The notes under the pieces were generated by a model. It was given only the letters and a program-made list of their open reading frames with translations. It had not been told where the DNA came from and searched no databases. Of a stretch of DNA of 54,458 bases, positions 11,350-24,330 are shown piece after piece. The first letter of the stretch is position 1; each line of letters begins with the position of its first letter. The stretch is from the NCBI RefSeq assembly GCF_001194135.2, contig NC_068984.1, forward strand, positions 51,710,834 through 51,765,291, given 5' to 3'. Position numbers and translations under genes: made by a program. The DNA is from Octopus bimaculoides (Eukaryota).

Positions 11350-11830
11350 GCAACCAGTCATTGCTCTGCCTTTCTAGATCCTTTTGCAGTCAGCTGCCAC
11401 CACTGGTCTCTGTCCCCTATCATGCATAGCAGGGTCATCGTGTTGTGACCTGTCCTGTCAGACCAGGATTTTCTGTGTCTACCTCTCTTTTTCCCTCCTT
11501 CAGTTGTGCCCCAAAGGATGGTTTTGGACAGGGAGTTGTGGCAGGATATGTGACCATACCAAGCAAGCTTTCATCTTTTTACTTGTGCAAGGAATGGTTC
11601 CTGTCTACCAGTGTATTTGTTGACTTGCTGCCCGACAAATCTTTTTCTGTGTAGGACCTTGGACACTTTTAGTCTCATTGGAAAACCAATAGAGTTGCTT
11701 TTCCATATAGTGTTCAGCTTTGTCATGGCAGTAGAGACTAAAGTGAGTCTTGTTGTTATCTCTTTTTGAAATTTGTTGTCATTTGGTCAAAGTGGATCTT
11801 TGGCATTTGAAGGTATCCACTTTGTCTCAC
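11350..11830 (-). mobile_element. Second RTE-clade LINE family, 3' fragment with internal deletion
   Basis: Minus strand reads AMTKLNTIWKSNSIGFPMRLKV ... EPFLAQVKR*KLAWYGHISCHNSLSKTILWGTTEGGKKRGRHRKSW ... GDRDQWWQL. Confidence 0.8.
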
Positions 11831-12689
11831 GTCTATCTTCATTATGCTAAGTGATATGTTCTAAAAAAACTTTAAAAAACTTGATTCATCCCATGTTCTG
11901 TTGCTAATTACCTCGGACAGCTGTCAAAAATTCTTTGTATAGTTTGAATTTTTCTTGCTTCCTCTTAGATATTTTAATAGCCTTATTAACTTTATTTTAA
12001 GAAAATGTTAAGGTGTTGTACTCCTACACAAGCACTTTAAAGAGATACTGAGCTCTAGGCAAATAGAAGTTGCAATACAGGTTTAATTTATAGTTGAAAA
12101 TTTCAAACAGGAAGAAAAAAAAAAAAAAAAAAAAATTATTCAAGTGCTTCATTGGTTTGTTTAGAGAGACCTAGGTTTTGCCTAGAAAATAAGCCTTAAA
12201 TTCAGTAAATTCAATGATATGCTCACACTCAAATTAGTTATGAACTAACTTTTGTTTCACTCATTACTAATTTCTGTAACTTTTTCTAAGCACAATATAA
12301 ACAAGAAAGTTGATTATCTTTCCTCATTCCAATTCCTCTACCTCCTTCCTTAAACCATTCTGATAATTTTCTTTTTTGTTTTTGTGTGTGTGTGTAAATA
12401 ATTTAAGATGTGTACTCTTTTCAAAGTCTCATTTATTGGTGTCTTATTTTAAAAGCTTTAATGCTGTCTTAAGCCAGATACTGAAGATGATGTTAAACAA
12501 AACAGCCCAATTTAATTTTTTTTCTTTACAATGAAACAATCAATAGATAGACCCAGAAAATTTTCAACCATCCAGCTGAAAACTTAGAAGTGAGATATTT
12601 TACTTTGTTAAAGAAAGATCTGTACCATAGTGTAGCAGCTTGAAATGTTGAGTTCAACAGACAAATATCACTTAATTATCAACAAAGCG

Positions 12690-12895
12690 TGTGGAGTGGT
12701 TGGGGTGTTGGACCCGTGATCATAAGATTTTGGTTTCGATTCTTGGACCAGGCGATGTGTTGTGTTCTTGAAGAACTCAGCTGGCAAAAATGAGTAATCC
12801 TGCAATGGACTGGCATCCTGTCCAGGTGGGGAATATATAATGCCATCGAAACTGAGACTCATGAGCCTGGCATGGCTGAAGAAGGAAATACTTAT
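12690..12895 (+). mobile_element. tRNA-derived SINE family C
   Basis: gtggttggggtgttggacccgtgatcataagattttggtttcgattcttggaccaggcg (A/B-box-like head), followed by the family C body. Confidence 0.8.
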
Positions 12896-13153
12896 TTTAT
12901 AAACAAAACAGTCAACTATAGAATGTTACAGTTCACTGCTGGGTAAAAAAAACGTTTTGAAAGCTTACAGCGCTGAACATCTCTCTTTGTAATAATTTAG
13001 CTAGCGAGAAGATAGTTTATCATTGTGACTTAATCTAATTATACTTTAAGTAATCATAATATTGCAATAATTGTTACAGGATGCTTATATTTTCTTTATA
13101 TTTCTCCACCTATTTAATCTGCATTTTTGGTTTTCCATTTAATATATTTTCAG

Positions 13154-13524
13154 CTCTTGCATTACTTTTCGGTGTGGCATTTGCTGGAATCCATACTGAA
13201 GGAGACATCTGGGATGATTTTCCTGTTATGAATAGAGTTATTCTTAACACTGCTCCATATGTCACTTTAAATTGGGGTTATTATTTTGCCTTATGTGGTC
13301 CTTTACTGTGCATCTTCTGTTGTGTTCTCTTGTGGACACAAGCTTGTTCAACTTGTATGATAGTGGAAGAAATTCGTAGGAAGCAGATTGCTGAAATCCG
13401 ATCCTCAGTCCCTTATAGACCGTTGGAACCCAGCAGATCAGGACATATTAATACTGGAATGAGGCGTGACCCTGCACCTTGGCCTAAAAAGATTGTTGAA
13501 TCTGATAATGAATTTGCAATGTAA
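13154..13524 (+). CDS. Four-TM PMP22/claudin-like protein, coding exon 3 of 3 (total 332 aa)
   Basis: Acceptor tattttcag|; reads (A)LALLFGVAFAGI...LNWGYYFALCGPLLCIFCCVLLW...DNEFAM*. The WG/SxYxA..G motif before TM4 is typical of the PMP22/claudin superfamily. 484+144+371=999 nt. Confidence 0.85.
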
Positions 13525-14112
13525 ACCCCTTTTTAATTACACGTTTTCTTAAATTCAGAAAAAAATAAAAATGTATCTTAGTTTTTATATTTTTTCCCCT
13601 CTTTCAGTTTCACTATATTAACCCTTCATAGTAAAAGTACTTCCAATACATTACTTTTCTAATTTTGTTGAGGTGCTTTTAATAGGAATGTACATGGATA
13701 TTTTCTATTCTCCCATATTAAACTGTTCATTTGTCCTACAATATTTATCAAATTTTTCTCTCGACTTCCATTTAAGCTTGTTATACAGATTTACTAATGA
13801 TTATTCCTCTTCAAGTTGTCATAAATTCATTATTAAGTTAATTTATAAACTATTATTACAGAAAATTGAAGAAATATACTTCAGATTTGTAATATATTTT
13901 CAATATTCAAAGCTCATTTAATTCATAACATATACCAGCTTATTGCTTTGTTTAGATGCAAACTTTAAAGATGATTTATTTCAATGAATTTTTACAAACT
14001 AATTACTGTCCATTTCACTGGTTAACAGATTGCTAAGTTTCGATCAATTTTGTGATAATGTAACTAGAATTGGAATTGTTTATATACATTTAATATTTTC
14101 AAGTAGTTTTTA

Positions 14113-14315
14113 AGGTGGCAAGCTGGTAGAATTGTTAGCATGCTGGGCAAAATGCTAAGCAGCATTTTGTCTATCTTTACATTCTAAGTTCAAATTTGCC
14201 TTTTATCCTTTCAAGGGTCGAGAAAATAAATATCAGTCAAGCACTGGAGTCAAAATAATCGACTTATCCCCTGCCCTGAAATTGTCGGCTTTGTGCCAAT
14301 TTTGAAACCAATATT
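14113..14315 (+). mobile_element. tRNA-derived SINE family A
   Basis: ggtggcaagctggtagaattgttagcatgctgggcaaaatgc...tttgaaacca, homologous to 8877-9105. Confidence 0.8.
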
Positions 14316-17300
14316 TTCAAATGTTTTCTATCATTTTCCATCCATGTCAATTATTTTATACAAGTAATTTTATTATGTAAATAAACTAAGCTCTAAACAG
14401 AAGCTCTGCAATATATGTAACGCTAGTAGACTTCTATAAAAGGATTTATATACCAAATTGCTATTTTGTATTAAACTTTAAAACGATTGATGTTTTGTTT
14501 TCATTCTTTAACCACTTTGGCTCACAAAAACAAACAGAAAGCAAGAATTACTTGCAGAACGTAAGACTCATATTCAAATCTTTGTTCAAAATGAATATAA
14601 TTTAGCAGCAGCACAAATTTTATCAACTCTGTTGCCATCCAAAGAATAAACTTAAAAAATTATAGGAGCTAAAGCATCATCTAAAATGGTTCCAGATAGA
14701 CTAATGATTTATCTAAAAGGAAGAGGGACAGGTAATCATCCTAGCCTATGTAGCTCCTCTGTCTGATAAATCCTTGATCAACTTCACCTTCTGATAGACT
14801 GGAAGAGTTCATGAAGGTTGCTTTTCAGAAAATATTTACAAGGTTGGGCTGAAAACATAAGTATGGCTATCAAAGCTGGTGAATGAGTTTGGTCAGAGAT
14901 GGTACAACTTTTGTATTCAGATCAGAGTGATTGAAGTTTGCTGATGTATAAAGTTTCATCTGATTCAAGACCATGGTCAAAAGTAGTTTTAACACAAGAA
15001 GATTCTGCATTTGTGTCTAACTCTACAAACGAAACTCCCAGCAAATTTTTCCTCTCCACTACATGCAGGCTAAGAGTGAAAGCATCTTCACACTTCAAAC
15101 CAATAAAGGAACAATTCTTCGAGAGTCTATCCTGGAAACAATGCAGCGTGCCTAATTTTCCAGAAGAGGAAGCTCTCCAACCCTGCTGATTATTGACTTA
15201 ATGCTTTTATTTAACATCTCAACAGCTGATGGCAATAGTTGTTAAACATCTTGAATCTATCTTCAGTGACAACCTACAGCTTCTGAAATATCTACTGGAG
15301 ACCTGCTCTATGTTTCTCCAGTGGTTCCCTTGAACTCTTGAGAAATTTGGCCAAAACAATATTATTGCACTTGTAGCGTAACGACTGTGCGACCAGGAGA
15401 TGGTGACTAGGAATGGCTCCTTTAACGCATCGCACGGTCGATACACACTTGACATTAATAACACAAATTTGATTGTGCTTCAGCATGCAAATCTAATGTG
15501 ATTGTCTTCATCTAGCTCGTATTGAATTGCACCAGATGTTTGAACTAATCCATGCTATTAGCTCTGCTCCAAATTTTCAGTTATGCCCCCATGAATTTAC
15601 TGTCACCTTCCTCAACATCTACACATATCCTCACTTCATTCCACCCTCAAGAGCTCATGCTAATCAATCCTGTAATCTTCAAATCTCTACAACTGCTAGA
15701 CTGCAATCACATCTGGTCATCTCACATTCACAACATGGAAAACTGCATCCCAAAGTTTGACCGTACCCTTTAAAACCAGAATCTACTTCAGTTCAATGCT
15801 TCAAAGCAACAGTGAAATCCACAATGTAATTCTACACTCATATATAGCTATCCCAGACCTCATTCTCATAGAAACTCACCCCACTGATTGGTACAGTCTA
15901 CACACCAACACATTCCAGCTGCTGGTTCAAATATTCCTTACTACCTTCTATACTGAAGTTACAGTAGCCTTACGGTCTTCACAGACTTTCCAAGACAAGT
16001 GAAATCAATTGCTTTAATATTCTTTTTGATTAGTCAATGGCTGCTGAAAAATCATGGGTAGAGAGAAAAAAAAAAACTGAACAGAGTGTTTAATACCGCT
16101 AGAGCGGACACAATATGTGTCCTATACTGATTTGGGAAAGTACATCAGAGTGAGAAGCAGGACTGTTTTGGTAAGTGACTTGGTTAAATTGGTTCTCAAA
16201 CTTTCAAGAAAAAAAGAGAAAACGATTATTTGGATGTGAATATATTTGATTTTATTAGTAAACAATGACATATAAAAAAAATTAACATGAAATGTGATGG
16301 GGGAAGCAAATAAAAAAAAACAAAAATAACGGCCACTAATACATTTGAATTTAGGATAAAATTACATTCTAGTATATATAATTAGAGCACCAAGGGCCAA
16401 TCATAAAAGGATAAAAATTTCACAGTTCAGTCATGGGTTTTTAAAATTATTCTTTCAATACTTATTTTGATACAAAATAAAGAGTTGGGTTTATATTCGA
16501 TTTATGCAAGTTGAAGCAGTTTGTGTTGCACCCACCCCCACCTTTTTTTCTCTTAGCAATAGCAACTTCAATAAAAAGTTAATTCTTTCCAAACCCATAC
16601 TGACCCATAGTTTCTATAGAGTTAAACATGAGAAATCCCTTCCTGGAGATAATGTAGTTTAACTGTAGGTCACTTTACCCAGATATGTAACTAATCTTCA
16701 GTGAAGTAAAACTGAGGTAAGAAATAGAAGCATTCTGCTTTAAGAGACATTTAAGAGACAGTATGTGGAATGTGAATTTTCACATCATGAGCCAACAATG
16801 ATCATTATTCTATTTGGTTACCTTTTTTTTCTGAAACTTTAATGAAACCTTTCTCTGAACAAAAGGTCCTACTTTGTGTAAGGATACCTTTAGATTTGTA
16901 GTACATATAGAGAAAGTTTCATGGTTTTGTTTTGAAGTAAATATTCATTCATTTTAACTGGTAGAATTTACAGATCTCAGAAGGTTGCAATTTATTTGTG
17001 AAATATATTTTCCCTAGCTGGGGTACTTAAATAGTTTCTCTAAGTCTGTGTGTGGGATTATATTTTTTCTATATTTAACTCAAGTAATTTTGCAATCACA
17101 ATCATGTGCTTCAAGGACAAAAGAGATGTTTGAAGTCAGAAAGAATGCTTTTCATAAGATCTACTACATAAGTAGAATAGTGTTTTGCTTAAAGAGTAAA
17201 ATTTAGTATGTGTATGTCAACACAGACTTGTAAAAAAATTGCTTTTAAGTTCAAACCAAATTTCCTTTGATGAACAACAACTTAATTATTGAAAATTTAG

Positions 17301-18095
17301 AACTCTAGACTCCACAAATATAGTACAGCTGAGTCCAAACACTTACATAACTAATGTTTTAACATAATCTTCACAGAAAGACTTAAGTTTATATAAATAT
17401 TGAGATTGTCATGTACTATCTATGAAGTTAGATATTTAGCTAGGCTGATACCAATCTGGAAGATATTTAATTCTATACAGGATATGTTGTTAGATAGGCA
17501 TAATTTCAAAGTTAAGAAAAAATGTTGGGGTTTATTCAGAGTATATAAGTATATACACACACCAAATAATTATATTACATAAGACTACGTTCTCAAATAT
17601 TTTGCTTTGACATAGAAGATAAATTTGATACTGAAAAGTTTAAAACATTTGGAAGTTACTTAGAATGAACTAAAAAAAGTTAAATAACCAAGAAACAATT
17701 TCAATAAAAATAAAACCTAATAACTAATTTAAGCATACACATACAGTTTTTAATATATATAAAAATAGATTGATCCATTCCCCACACATAAACATATAAA
17801 AGTTTTCTTTCCAATGACAAAGACAAGATACACATTTTCTCCTTGCATTTTACAATTCATTAACTATAGATATATTACTTCAACATCCAAAAAAGAAAAA
17901 AAAAAACAAGTTTTATAACAGGATATGATGAGGTTTCATTAAAGGATAGGAAGGGGGAGAAAAAAAAAATGAAAGGATATGGGTAGGACAAGAGATGTGA
18001 GTGTTGCAACAACAGATTTGAAACAAGACAAATGAAAACGACACAAACAAGCAACACAAGATGATATGATGAACGGTCACAAAGTGAACCATATG

Positions 18096-18181
18096 TTAAT
18101 TCTTCTTTCCCTTGCCTCGAGAACGTACAGCACCATTTTCTGTACTATGGTTGGTGTCAGAGTTAACAGCAGAGCTGGAAT
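18096..18181 (-). CDS. TRAM1: TRAM1 coding exon 13 (last)
   Basis: Acceptor ttttacag|; reads (D)SSSAVNSDTNHSTENGAVRSRGKGKKN*. Contains the TENG motif and a terminal KxKxx ER-retrieval-type signal, as I recall for human TRAM1. Confidence 0.85.
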
Positions 18182-18262
18182 CTGTAAAAGGAAGAATAAT
18201 CAATCAAGTTACGTGCAGAAAATCAGTGTGTTGTAGAAGTCTATAGCAATGTAAATCAAATA

Positions 18263-18444
18263 TTAACTCTCTAGCATTCACATTAGTCTGTTAAATGTAA
18301 TGCTTAATTATTAACACTATTTTGAATTCATCATTAATTATCTTGAAACTTCAAAATTTTAATGATATAAGGTAGATGCGTGAGGCCAGATCTGGCCAGT
18401 TTGAATATAGAACATATAGGCCAGATTAAATGTCAAAGGGTTAA
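18263..18444. mobile_element. TTAA-flanked MITE (piggyBac-like)
   Basis: ttaactctctagcattca ... aaatgtcaaagggttaa; same family as 19623, 31260, 35020 and 47392. Confidence 0.7.
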
Positions 18445-19622
18445 ATATCAATAAAAGCAATAACAAAGATATTGAAATGTTAATTTTAAAATATTTAATC
18501 AGTCCTGGTATTTCAGGTAAAATATCTCTTTAGGGGTCAGGCTAACGGATCCCACTCAATATTTTTAAATAAAGTTATTTTGCCCAAAATACCAAAACTA
18601 ATCAAATATTCCTAATGTAACATTTCAATATCATTATTATTGATATTTAGTATTTGAATGCTACTTATCCTACAATATTTCCAGCAGTCTAAACCTTTTA
18701 ACAATATATCTAATAAAAGTTACAAATAAAAGATAGGGAGATGGATGAGTGGTAGCAACATATCTTTTCCAAGAAAATAAGAAACATTTCACTTCTTTTG
18801 CTACTATCACACGAAAGGTATGACTAACATATACTTCATTGCTTCTTATAGCTTCAAGTTTTATGCAAGACATTAGTTGATGCAGGGGGGGGGGACCCCA
18901 CCCTCCTTTGTAACAAGATTGTAGTTTGATTCAGTTTCAGAGTTAAGATCCTTTCTAAATTGATTTTGCTTTTCATCACTTTGAATTTCAAAAGCATTTG
19001 GGCAATTGAGCCATTCCACTAGGATACGGATTATCAGGTATTGTATATCAAACTAACTATAAGGTTTGTTGTAGCAATTGAATGACTCTTGAGTCAAATT
19101 TTAAAATACTATGAGTACAGGAAGGGCATCTAGTCATACAAAACCTGCCTCAACTAATTCCGTCTGACCCACAAAAACAGACATTAAAACAATGAAGATG
19201 ATACTAAGATGTTAAAATAACATCTTTAAACTTAAATATTCACAATTCTTTTTTCTACACTTCGCATTAATTTTCAATTTAAAGTAAAGATATTTATGTG
19301 ATTTCAATACTATCAAGCCCTATGACTGTTGTACACTGCAGGAGGTAGAATAGACAGGAATTCAACATAAGAAAGACTAGGTATCAGAATGACAGCAAGT
19401 TTTGTATTAGTGTAAATGAGTTGATAAAGAAAAACTATTGTTTCCTGATGGAAGTTTCTGAAATATTTAGAATTTAATGAAAACTGAACCTGTGCCATTT
19501 AAAATACAATTCTTGCCACCTACCATTTTAAAATGTAGTTTGTTTAGAACTGGAGTAAATTAAGATCTGAATACACTCATTAAATTAGGATAGTAAAACT
19601 TCACAGAAAATAGAAAGCTGCT

Positions 19623-19803
19623 TTAACCCTATAGCATTCAGATAAATCTGTTAAATGTAAGGCTTATTTTTCACATTGTTTTGAATTAATCATGCATCAT
19701 CTTGTAGCTTCAAGATTTTGATGATATGATTGTTTAGCTTTAAAATGACATTGTACGATAGGTGTGTGGCCAAATCTGGCCACTTTAAATGCAAAAGGAT
19801 TAA
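19623..19803. mobile_element. TTAA-flanked MITE (piggyBac-like)
   Basis: ttaaccctatagcattcaga ... aaatgcaaaaggattaa. Confidence 0.7.
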
Positions 19804-19965
19804 TAAAAGCATTGGATTCCAACCGTAAACATCATGCTAAAGTGAAAGACAAAGAAAGAAATAGGTCAGTCTCATCAAGACAGAACAGATTCAAAAGCAA
19901 GAAAGTTATTTGTTAATACTTATACTTTACTATGTCAGTTCAAAGATAATGAAAATTGTTCTTAC

Positions 19966-20105
19966 CTCTCAATTTGATAACCTTTTTCTTCGGTGATTTT
20001 TTGTTTGACAGTGCACTTCGTTCTCGCATGCGTACAATATGGAAGTTGATAAAGTTCCACATCATCCATACTTGCAGCAAACAGATTGCAGATAAACAAA
20101 ATATT
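19966..20105 (-). CDS. TRAM1: TRAM1 coding exon 12
   Basis: Acceptor tgcag|, donor |gtaag; 140 nt; (R)IFCLSAICLLQVWMMWNFINFHIVRMRERSALSNKKSPKKKVIKLR (cf. TRAM MMWKFINFQLRRWRE). Confidence 0.95.
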
Positions 20106-20440
20106 CTGCAAATGATGACAAATAAATACTCCAATTAATGCAGTGATTAATTATTGTAACAATGCTTAATGAAAACTAATTTTTATACATTAAACTTTTT
20201 TAAATTCTTAAGCAAAAATCTTCAAAAATTATCAAAAGAAAAAAGAATATCCAGGAGAAGATAAAGACAAAATTATGATTACGTTGCAAAAAAAAAAAAA
20301 AAAAANNNNNNNNNNCCATTCACCCTGACACTATTTCAGATGATGATGAAACCATTCACATTATTTTTCTACATTTTTATTTAAGTCGATGATTAAGAAT
20401 TAAATTAAACCCTTTAGTAAAGATAGCCAAGTTTTGTCAG

Positions 20441-20540
20441 CCCAAGGTTATAGCTGAAGACGCCCAACATGCCACACAGAGGGACTGAACCTGAAACCAT
20501 ATGGCTGGGAAGCAAACATCTTAACCAAACAACCACAGGA
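20441..20540 (-). mobile_element. tRNA-derived SINE family B, partial
   Basis: Reverse complement reads gtggttgtttggttaagatgtttgcttcccagccatatggtttcaggttcagtccc. Confidence 0.7.
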
Positions 20541-21235
20541 GTCCCATTCAACTGCATGTTGTAGGAGCCTTTTCCTTTGCGAACTCAAAAGACCCAGTGA
20601 AAGCAAGAACATGACAACACCACAATATGTCTTGAAGCATTGTGCAGCACCACACCATGTCTTGAAACATTGTGCAGTAGGCAAAATTCTAATTTTTTTT
20701 AGAAGTCAGCCAGTGGAAATTGGTTTTGTGTTGTGTGGGCAAAACAAGTGTATATGCACACATGAATACACATGCACTGCTCAATGGAAGCAAAGTATTA
20801 AAAAAAAATCTGTACTTTTAGTGTATTAAGTGGTTGAGTAGTAAAAAATTGTAACTCTTTTTACCCCACAACCTGAGAAGTTTTTAAAGAATATGACAAT
20901 TAATCTCCCCTTTAGTCAATGGTAATGTACGCAAAGGGGAGACTAACGTGTATAAATCCTTCCTGACTTACAATAAATTTTGTATTTATAAGCAGACATG
21001 TTTGACCACAGAATTAAGCATCTTTGCCAGACACTCAGCAAAGTGCATTTGACAAAACAAGTTAATAGTTTATACTGACTATACACATTATTGTTTTTGT
21101 TTGGTCTTCAGTTAGCTCTGATTGAGTGGGCTTGAATCAAAGAGTTAATTTTCAAAGTTTGACAGAATGAGTTGCTAACTTCTTTCAATATAAAACAAAA
21201 TCAGAAAGGGGTAAAGAAAAAATAAAGATTTTTAC

Positions 21236-21307
21236 CTGATTAACATAGTATTGAAATTGCCTGACTGAAGATCTATTGATGATTGACTAGTCTTCCTTAA
21301 ACCATAC
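21236..21307 (-). CDS. TRAM1: TRAM1 coding exon 11
   Basis: Acceptor ctctag|, donor |gtaaa; 72 nt; (W)YGLRKTSQSSIDLQSGNFNTMLI (GNFN motif). Confidence 0.95.
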
Positions 21308-21337
21308 CTAGAGGTAAGAATGAATAAAATATATATG

Positions 21338-21370
<33 letters not shown>

Positions 21371-21929
21371 CATTGTATTTTGAAAAATAATAACTTAAGT
21401 TACCAAACCATCTGAAATTGCCACTAGTTCTATGATATAACAACTGGTTTTTAAGTGGTCACATCTAGTCTAAAGCCTTCTATAATAAGAACATTTTGTA
21501 TAAATCCCAAAATATTTTCAAAATTAAGTTAAAAACAGAGGCAGTGTATTTTACTAATAATATGGTGATGTAAAGATTAATCCTTCTTAAACCATAAAAA
21601 GTAACATAGTAAACAGTAAAGCAGGACATCCAAATGAATGTAAATACCTTAACATTCAAAAAAAATAACAGACCATAAAGCAAATATAAAACAAAGAGGA
21701 GATCACAATTAATTGAGCAATAAAAACTGGATTACTGGCTGGTGCACCATCATCAGTACTGCACAAGAGTTTTAACTTGCAGAAAACTAAGATAAATTCC
21801 AATACAATGCAACACTTCTTGGTTATGGCAAATTTCAAAACAAATGAGCTAATTTTAAAAATTTGTTTCAATTTTTCAGAATAAATATGTAAAGCAAAAT
21901 TTACAACGGTTTATTATAACATATATTGT

Positions 21930-22090
21930 TAGGGTAGTGGATTGGCAAAATTGTTTGCAGTATTTCATTAAAAGCCCATTACATTCTGAATTCAAATTCT
22001 ATTAAGTTTACCTTCCATCGTTCTGAAATAGAGATAAAATAAGTACCAGGTGGGTATAGTAACAAGGTTGAATATGCTCCTCTGAATCAA
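21930..22090 (+). mobile_element. tRNA-derived SINE family A, degraded
   Basis: ttacattctgaattcaaattct...gataaaataagtaccag, matching the family A body. Confidence 0.55.
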
Positions 22091-22194
22091 GAAAGCTGAT
22101 CACCTATTAATGGATGTCTCTGATCAGTGAAAGGCTAGGCAATTAATTGTTTCGCTACACAAGTGCACAGATTTTTTTTAAACTTCATCACCTC

Positions 22195-22278
22195 TCTCAC
22201 ACACACGCACGCGCGCACACCCACACACACCCACACACACACACACGCACACGCACACACGCACACGCACACACACGT
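22195..22278. repeat. (CA)/(CACG) microsatellite
   Basis: Directly visible. Confidence 0.9.
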
Positions 22279-22599
22279 ATTAGGCCTCAAGTTGGCAAAG
22301 TTGTTACGGCATAAAATAGGATGCTTTGCGGTTTTTTCCCAATCTAAACTTTACCCTGCTAAAATACCAATCCAGTATAAGGTCAATTCAATTTTCCCTC
22401 ATTTCACACTTTCTCTCTGGAAGAAATCTGTTGTGTTCAAATTTGAGGGCGGGTGCTCTATACATCAGTAACACTCCTATCGCTCCATGGAAAGTTGCAG
22501 GGCCAAAAGGCAAGAATTTATTTTTATTTTTTACTGGCTGGGTCTGGAGAAAGGGACAGGGCCTATAGTCTTTACAGGCTCTCATATATGGAAGAGATT

Positions 22600-23260
22600 G
22601 ATGCCATTGTTACTTCTGAACTTATGTAAGTCAGCACCTGTAGCAAAGATGTGAGCAAGGATGGAATTCCAGAAGGCCTACATTCTGGAAAGGGGTTGGA
22701 CACAACAAAGATGGTGAGAGGTGGAGTGACAAGTGGGATGGGACTATCTGAGTGGAGGTGACATGAGCTTAACTAGCCTCGAGGAGCAGTGGTAGAAAAG
22801 ACAGATAGCTTAACTAGCCTTGAAGAATAGCAGTAGAAAGGCCAGAGAAAGAGGCAACAGTATGCTTGTGAGTTTGAAGCTTGAGTATCTTTGACTCCAT
22901 ACCAATAAGTTGGGGGTTCCTTTCTATATGCAATCTAAAAGGTTTGTATGTGTATGTGCACAGCAGCAACCTCCCAAATGCAAGAGCAAGACTGCATTGT
23001 GGGTCTCACCAGAGCATTGTAAAGTATCAGTAATTTATTGGGGGTTAAAGTATCTTCAGATCTTGAAGAAAAACGCAAGTTGTTTGGAAAAGGTGTTAGC
23101 TGTATTAATAATGTGTTTTTGGCTGGGGAGATCTTCATATGATAGTGAGACCTAACGAATCAGAGTAATTAGTTTAGTGCTGTTGTGAGGATCTGGAGTT
23201 CTAACAAGTCAGGTAATAATGTAAAGGCTCCGCCATCAAAACTGGTGAGGCTAATATTTT
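22600..23260 (-). mobile_element. CR1/L2-group LINE 3' fragment, decayed
   Basis: Minus strand reads LRFSSRSEDTLTPNKLLILYNALVRPTMQSCSCIW (cf. LxxLYKxLVRPxxEYCSxIW) and FWNSILAHIFATGADLHKFRSN (cf. LWNSLP...LxxFK). Contains an internal ~42-bp tandem duplication at 22765-22850. Confidence 0.7.
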
Positions 23261-23849
23261 CAAAATTCTGTAGGTAACTGTTAGAATCAAATCAACAAAA
23301 CCAAAGACATTCCAGTCATGGCTATCACATTTTTTACTCTGGCAGCACATGCAGGCTACACCATCTAACATGCCTTTTTTAAGATGTTAAGCTGTGATTG
23401 GAGTTAAATTTGGCTGCTGTTTTTAGCAAAAGCTCTTTTATGCTGTTTATGCAAAAGCTCTTTTGTTGGCTCAATTTCTGTAGGTTGATGTATATAGGGA
23501 AAGTGAAGGCAAATAAGAGTGTTTCTGTTTTGAGGAGAAAAGACTAACACTAAGAGTTTTGAGAGTACAAGAGTGAGGGAAAAAGGAGGTATGTACAAGT
23601 TTTATGTACATGACTGCCAGCCAAAAAAAGCAGGAAGTGTTATAGTCATAGCAGAAAAAAAGGAAGGACACAGCACATCTGTGGATTGGTGATTGTAGCA
23701 TGCTGGCGAGAGATTTGCAAAGAAACTGATCTGCCATCGTGGGGTACAACAAAAAATAAAGGTGCAATAGCTTCTCTATCCCAAATATGTAAGAAGCAAA
23801 GTAAAAATGCTTACTAATAACAGTCACAAATTGGTCCAAATATACTCAC

Positions 23850-23921
23850 CAGAATGTTAAAAATGCCAATGTTATTATGCACAGTCGTACAATTACAAAC
23901 AAAACATTCCATACCATAAAC
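23850..23921 (-). CDS. TRAM1: TRAM1 coding exon 10
   Basis: Acceptor tttgattag|, donor |gtgagt; 72 nt; (V)FMVWNVLFVIVRLCIITLAFLTF. Confidence 0.95.
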
Positions 23922-24064
23922 CTAATCAAAGAGAAAAACAAAAGACACATGAAAGAAAAATCAAGAAAACTCGCAACATTAAGGCAGATCTCTTAAAAAA
24001 ATATAATTGTATGGATAATTTCAAAACAAAACCAAGCTAAAAAATAATGAATTATAAATGCGTA

Positions 24065-24330
24065 GGGGGACATGGCCTACTGTTTAGAGTGTTGAACTCA
24101 TGATCACAAACTTATGGTTTTCATTCTCAGATGGGTGATGCATTGTGCTCAAGCAAAACACTTCATTTCATCTTGCCCCAGTCCACTTGCCTGTAAATGG
24201 GCAGCCCTGCGACAGACCAGCATTACATTAAGGGGAATGTTGGCCTATGCACCTGGCATCAATTGAAAGCTACAACAATGCAAGGAAGTGCATTGTGACC
24301 AGCAGCATACAACATCCAACTGTATGGTCG
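24065..24330 (+). mobile_element. tRNA-derived SINE family C
   Basis: atggcctactgtttagagtgttgaactcatgatcac...aaaacacttcatttca...ccagtccactt. Confidence 0.7.
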
